A stretch of DNA of 64,000 bases from an uncultured bacterium (GTDB lineage: Bacteria > Patescibacteriota > JACMRA01): contig OY969926.1 in the NCBI GenBank assembly GCA_963704645.1, forward strand, positions 800,001 to 864,000, read 5' to 3'. A model generated the notes under the pieces. That model did no database searches and was not told the origin of the DNA. It was given only the letters and a program-made list of their open reading frames with translations. Shown here piece by piece: positions 60,578 through 64,000 of the stretch. Each line of letters opens with the position of its first letter. The stretch's first letter is position 1. The translations under genes and the position numbers were made by a program.

Positions 60578-60977
60578 AGTAATTACTTCTGAAACACTTT
60601 ATTCAAACCGTCAATTTTGAATAAAACCTTAAAATATTTTAACCAGAAACAAAGCCCCTTGCGGGGCCCTGAAACTTCATCATGCTTTTTGAAACAGGCT
60701 ATCACTTTTATCTTACCTGCTCCAAAAGAACATACTTTAAACTTACATAATTTTATCATAGTGTCAAATAAAATTATGCTTAATTTAATTGAGAGTAGGT
60801 AATGTCACTATATAAAAATATTCAGTCATTAAGGTTTAAATAAATCATCAACTTACACTATTATTCTGAAACTCCAAAATAATCTCTATTGTGGTTTGGT
60901 TTGCCATCCTTTCTAAGCCCTTCAATTTTAGATTGATAGTTTGACCAATTTGCTATTTCAAATTTGATTTAGAATGT

Positions 60978-62447
60978 ATGAAACTTTACCCAATTATTGG
61001 TATAGAAACCCATGTTCAGCTTAACACCGTTACTAAGCTATTTTGCTCTTGTTTAAACGAATTTGCCCCAGATACTCCTAATAAAAACATTTGTCCTTTT
61101 TGCACTGGTCAGCCTGGAGCTTTGCCTGTGCTAAACGCTGAAGCTGTTAAAAAAGCAATTTTGCTTGGTGTTGCAGTTAACGCTAAAATTCCTGGTAAAA
61201 CCCGTTGGGATAGGAAAAACTATTTTTACCCAGATCTGCCTGCTGGTTACCAAATTAGCCAGTACGATAATCCAATTGTAGAAAATGGCGTAGTGGAATT
61301 TTTTGCTGAAGACAAAACAAACGGTAATTTTACTGAACATTCCGTAGAATTAACTAGAGCCCACTTGGAAGCAGATGCAGGTAAATTGTTACACGTAGGA
61401 AATAAAACTTTGGTAGATTATAATCGTTCTGGCTGCCCATTAGTTGAAATTGTTACAGAGCCAGTAATTACAGAGGCAAAAGTTGCTATGGGATATGTTT
61501 CCGAATTACAGCTTCTGGTTCGCCGTTTGGGTGTTTCTGAAGCAAATATGGATAAAGGTCAGATGCGTTTTGATTGTAACTTAAGCTTACAAACTGAAGA
61601 AGAACACAAACTAGGTAAATTACCATCCTATAAAGTAGAGGTTAAAAATATAAACTCTGTTAGATCTCTGGGAAGGGCCATAGAGTTTGAAATTAAAAGA
61701 CAAACCGAATTATTAGAAAAAGGTGAAAAACCAGCTCAGGAAACCCGCGGCTGGAGAGACGATATGAATAGGTCCGAATCTCAGCGTAGTAAGGAAGCTG
61801 CAGATGACTATAGATATTTTCCAGAGCCAGATTTACAAATTCTAGAAATAAAAACCACTGATATTCCTGCAAAATCTGAATTGCCAGAATTACCAATGGA
61901 GCAAAGAAAAAGATATTTTGAGCTTGGTTTAAGTATCCAAATAGTTAACACATTGGTTGGACAAGAAGAATTAGCTAAATATTTTGACGGAGTTTGGTCT
62001 ATTATTCAGAACAAATTCCCTTCAGAAGGGTTAGAAATTGCTAGAAATGGTGCTAATATAATGTCTAATTTAATTGCTACTGCAGAAAAAATTGGTAAAA
62101 ACAGTTACGAATTAATTTCAGAAAATAATTTGGTAGAAATTGCTAAACTTTTCGTAGATAAAAAAATTAATAACCAGGGTGTACAAAAATTAATAGACAT
62201 TTTAATTGAATTCCCTAACTTATCTGTAAATGATGCGGCTACCGAAAACGGTTTGTTTCAGTTAAATGATGATAAGACTTTAGAGGTTTTTGTAGACTTG
62301 GTTATTCAAAGTAATGCCAAAGTAGTAGAAGAATATAAATCTGGGAAAGTTCAAGTAATTGGATTCTTAATTGGGCAATGTATGAAAGAGTCTAAAGGTA
62401 AAGGAAACCCTGGCAAGTTTAAGGAAATACTTGAGGGCAAGTTGTAG
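60978..62447 (+). CDS. gatB: Asp/Glu-tRNA amidotransferase subunit B
   Basis: IG.E.H.QL, RKNYFYPDLP.GYQISQ, DYNR.G.PL.EIV and YRYFPEPDL motifs. Confidence 0.97.
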   Translation: MKLYPIIGIETHVQLNTVTKLFCSCLNEFAPDTPNKNICPFCTGQPGALPVLNAEAVKKAILLGVAVNAKIPGKTRWDRKNYFYPDLPAGYQISQYDNPIVENGVVEFFAEDKTNGNFTEHSVELTRAHLEADAGKLLHVGNKTLVDYNRSGCPLVEIVTEPVITEAKVAMGYVSELQLLVRRLGVSEANMDKGQMRFDCNLSLQTEEEHKLGKLPSYKVEVKNINSVRSLGRAIEFEIKRQTELLEKGEKPAQETRGWRDDMNRSESQRSKEAADDYRYFPEPDLQILEIKTTDIPAKSELPELPMEQRKRYFELGLSIQIVNTLVGQEELAKYFDGVWSIIQNKFPSEGLEIARNGANIMSNLIATAEKIGKNSYELISENNLVEIAKLFVDKKINNQGVQKLIDILIEFPNLSVNDAATENGLFQLNDDKTLEVFVDLVIQSNAKVVEEYKSGKVQVIGFLIGQCMKESKGKGNPGKFKEILEGKL

Positions 62448-62563
62448 ATTTATCAGTGACATTCAGCGCGTTTACTATCTGCGGATATCATTTCTTTTGG
62501 TGGTATAGCTCCATTGTTAGTTATCGAGCCGTTTCCAGATGAGTTTAGGACTAAAGCCTAATT

Positions 62564-63958
62564 TTAATTCGTAGGCAAACCTGGTCTTGTTGTTCCGCCA
62601 TTACCATTAGTAGAAGTGTTTGTGTTTACAGTGCTGGTTTGACTGGTACTAGAAGAACTTGTAGGAGCCACTACTGCATCAGTCTTCACAAAGAAAACAA
62701 TAAGCTGAGTAATTGTAACCGCCAACAAAACTACAATTAAACCAATAATGGCATTGAAAAATGAGTCTTTAGCTTTTTTAACAGTTCCAGCGTCTCCAGC
62801 AGATGTAATCCATAAATATCCTGCCCAAATGAACAAACCTACAGTTATTACCGAAGAAATAGGAATTAAGAACCTAGTAATAATAACCTGAATTGTAAAT
62901 ATTATACTTTGTGGGTCTAAACTAAGCTGATTGTTTTGAACGCCAATTGTGCTATTTACAATGGTAACTATAGGCTGGGCAATAATTACTACAACCAAAC
63001 CAATAATACCACGTTCAATATTCTTTTTGCCATCCTCTTTGGAACCAGGTAAAGTAGAGAAGAAATATTTATAACCTCCCCAAACAATTACTAAAACTGC
63101 AACAACACTTGCTAAAGTAGTTAAGAAAGTAAGCCCTTGGGTTAAAATTGGCTCAATAAAATTCTTTGCTTTGTCTCCAAAATCTGTGTTGGCATCTGCA
63201 CCTTTAAACACGTTGTTTACTGCATCTACAATAAAATTAGCTAGAAGAACAATAATTAAACCAACAACTCCACTTTGAATATTTTTTGCACCTTCAGATT
63301 TGCCATCAATACCACCAATGAAGTATTTGTAACCACCCCAGGTAATTACTAACAAAGCAACTACACTTGCCAAAGTAACTAAAACGTTTCTAGCTGGTTG
63401 AAGTATTTGGTTAATAATTCCAGTTGCATTAAAGCCTTCTGCGGTGAAAGTTGTTTGAGTAATAGAAATAATTAAGTTAGAAGCCAAAATTATAGCCAAT
63501 CCAATAACACCTGCTTGTACAGCTTTAAGCCCGTTAGTTTTTCCATTAAAACCACCTGTAAAGTATTGAAAACCACCCCAAGTTATAACCAGTAAAGCTA
63601 AAGGAGTAGATAAAGAAACTAAAAATCCAACCACTGCGTTTAATAAGTCAAAAATAGAACAAAATGGAAGTATTTGAAAAGAGGCTAGGGTGCTATTTCC
63701 ACAATTGCCTCCTGTTGTATTATTATTAAATTCACCAGCCTTTGATCTTGCTACGCATTCTTTATACCTAGTACTGTCGGGGCTTAATCTTACTACATCC
63801 TGTGCACACTGTGTATCATAAATTGGTCCTGTGGTTCTACTATCCCCTTGTGCCTGTACACTTATTCCGCCAGAAGCCATGGCCAACCAACCGGTAAGTA
63901 TAATTACCAACAATAACAATTGAGGTGTTTTAACTAAAAGTTTTTTCAAGAAAGTCAT
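62564..63958 (-). CDS. Protein with four tandem TrbC/VirB2-like pilin repeats
   Basis: Four units of I.W(G/A)G(Y/F).(Y/W)...G....K.....(G/A)(V/I)(I/V)GL.I after a signal-like N-terminus. Confidence 0.78.
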   Translation of the reverse strand: MTFLKKLLVKTPQLLLLVIILTGWLAMASGGISVQAQGDSRTTGPIYDTQCAQDVVRLSPDSTRYKECVARSKAGEFNNNTTGGNCGNSTLASFQILPFCSIFDLLNAVVGFLVSLSTPLALLVITWGGFQYFTGGFNGKTNGLKAVQAGVIGLAIILASNLIISITQTTFTAEGFNATGIINQILQPARNVLVTLASVVALLVITWGGYKYFIGGIDGKSEGAKNIQSGVVGLIIVLLANFIVDAVNNVFKGADANTDFGDKAKNFIEPILTQGLTFLTTLASVVAVLVIVWGGYKYFFSTLPGSKEDGKKNIERGIIGLVVVIIAQPIVTIVNSTIGVQNNQLSLDPQSIIFTIQVIITRFLIPISSVITVGLFIWAGYLWITSAGDAGTVKKAKDSFFNAIIGLIVVLLAVTITQLIVFFVKTDAVVAPTSSSSTSQTSTVNTNTSTNGNGGTTRPGLPTN

Positions 63959-64000
63959 AATGTCTATTGTATTGGGGTGAAGAAGCTGGTTAATGTGGTG

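Noticed and set aside
60617-60802. 61-aa ORF upstream of gatB (possible gatC)
   Set aside because: No GatC similarity; it overlaps a promoter and a hairpin.

Overview
AT-rich bacterial chromosome segment. The gene content fits a Patescibacteria/CPR genome (stand-alone VirD4-like ATPase, bPH protein, tandem VirB2-like pilin, tRNA-Arg(GCG), dispersed dnaA/recF/rpsG); this is an inference. Housekeeping genes (mltG, iscS-like, recF, rsmE, rpsG, dnaB, zwf, rsmI, gpmI, rsmA, dnaA, lepB, gatB), three tRNAs, one IS481-family element and a Phd/PIN toxin-antitoxin pair alternate with about 15 small orphan genes, each with its own promoter and usually a terminator. Most notable: (1) tandem arrays in which a promoter-ORF-terminator-neighbour-flank unit repeats while the ORF changes. 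The clearest has four units between recF and rsmE, separated by in-frame copies of the rsmE 3' end. (2) Two outward-facing surface-protein genes 47 kb apart share near-identical DNA blocks that bracket a fully diverged triple Cys-repeat cassette. (3) G/T-rich versus C/A-rich patches mark the edges of conserved blocks. (4) Housekeeping genes look leaderless while orphan genes carry SD-led leaders. (5) REP-like palindromes lie in frame inside housekeeping genes. All alignments were done by eye and no database searches were run.
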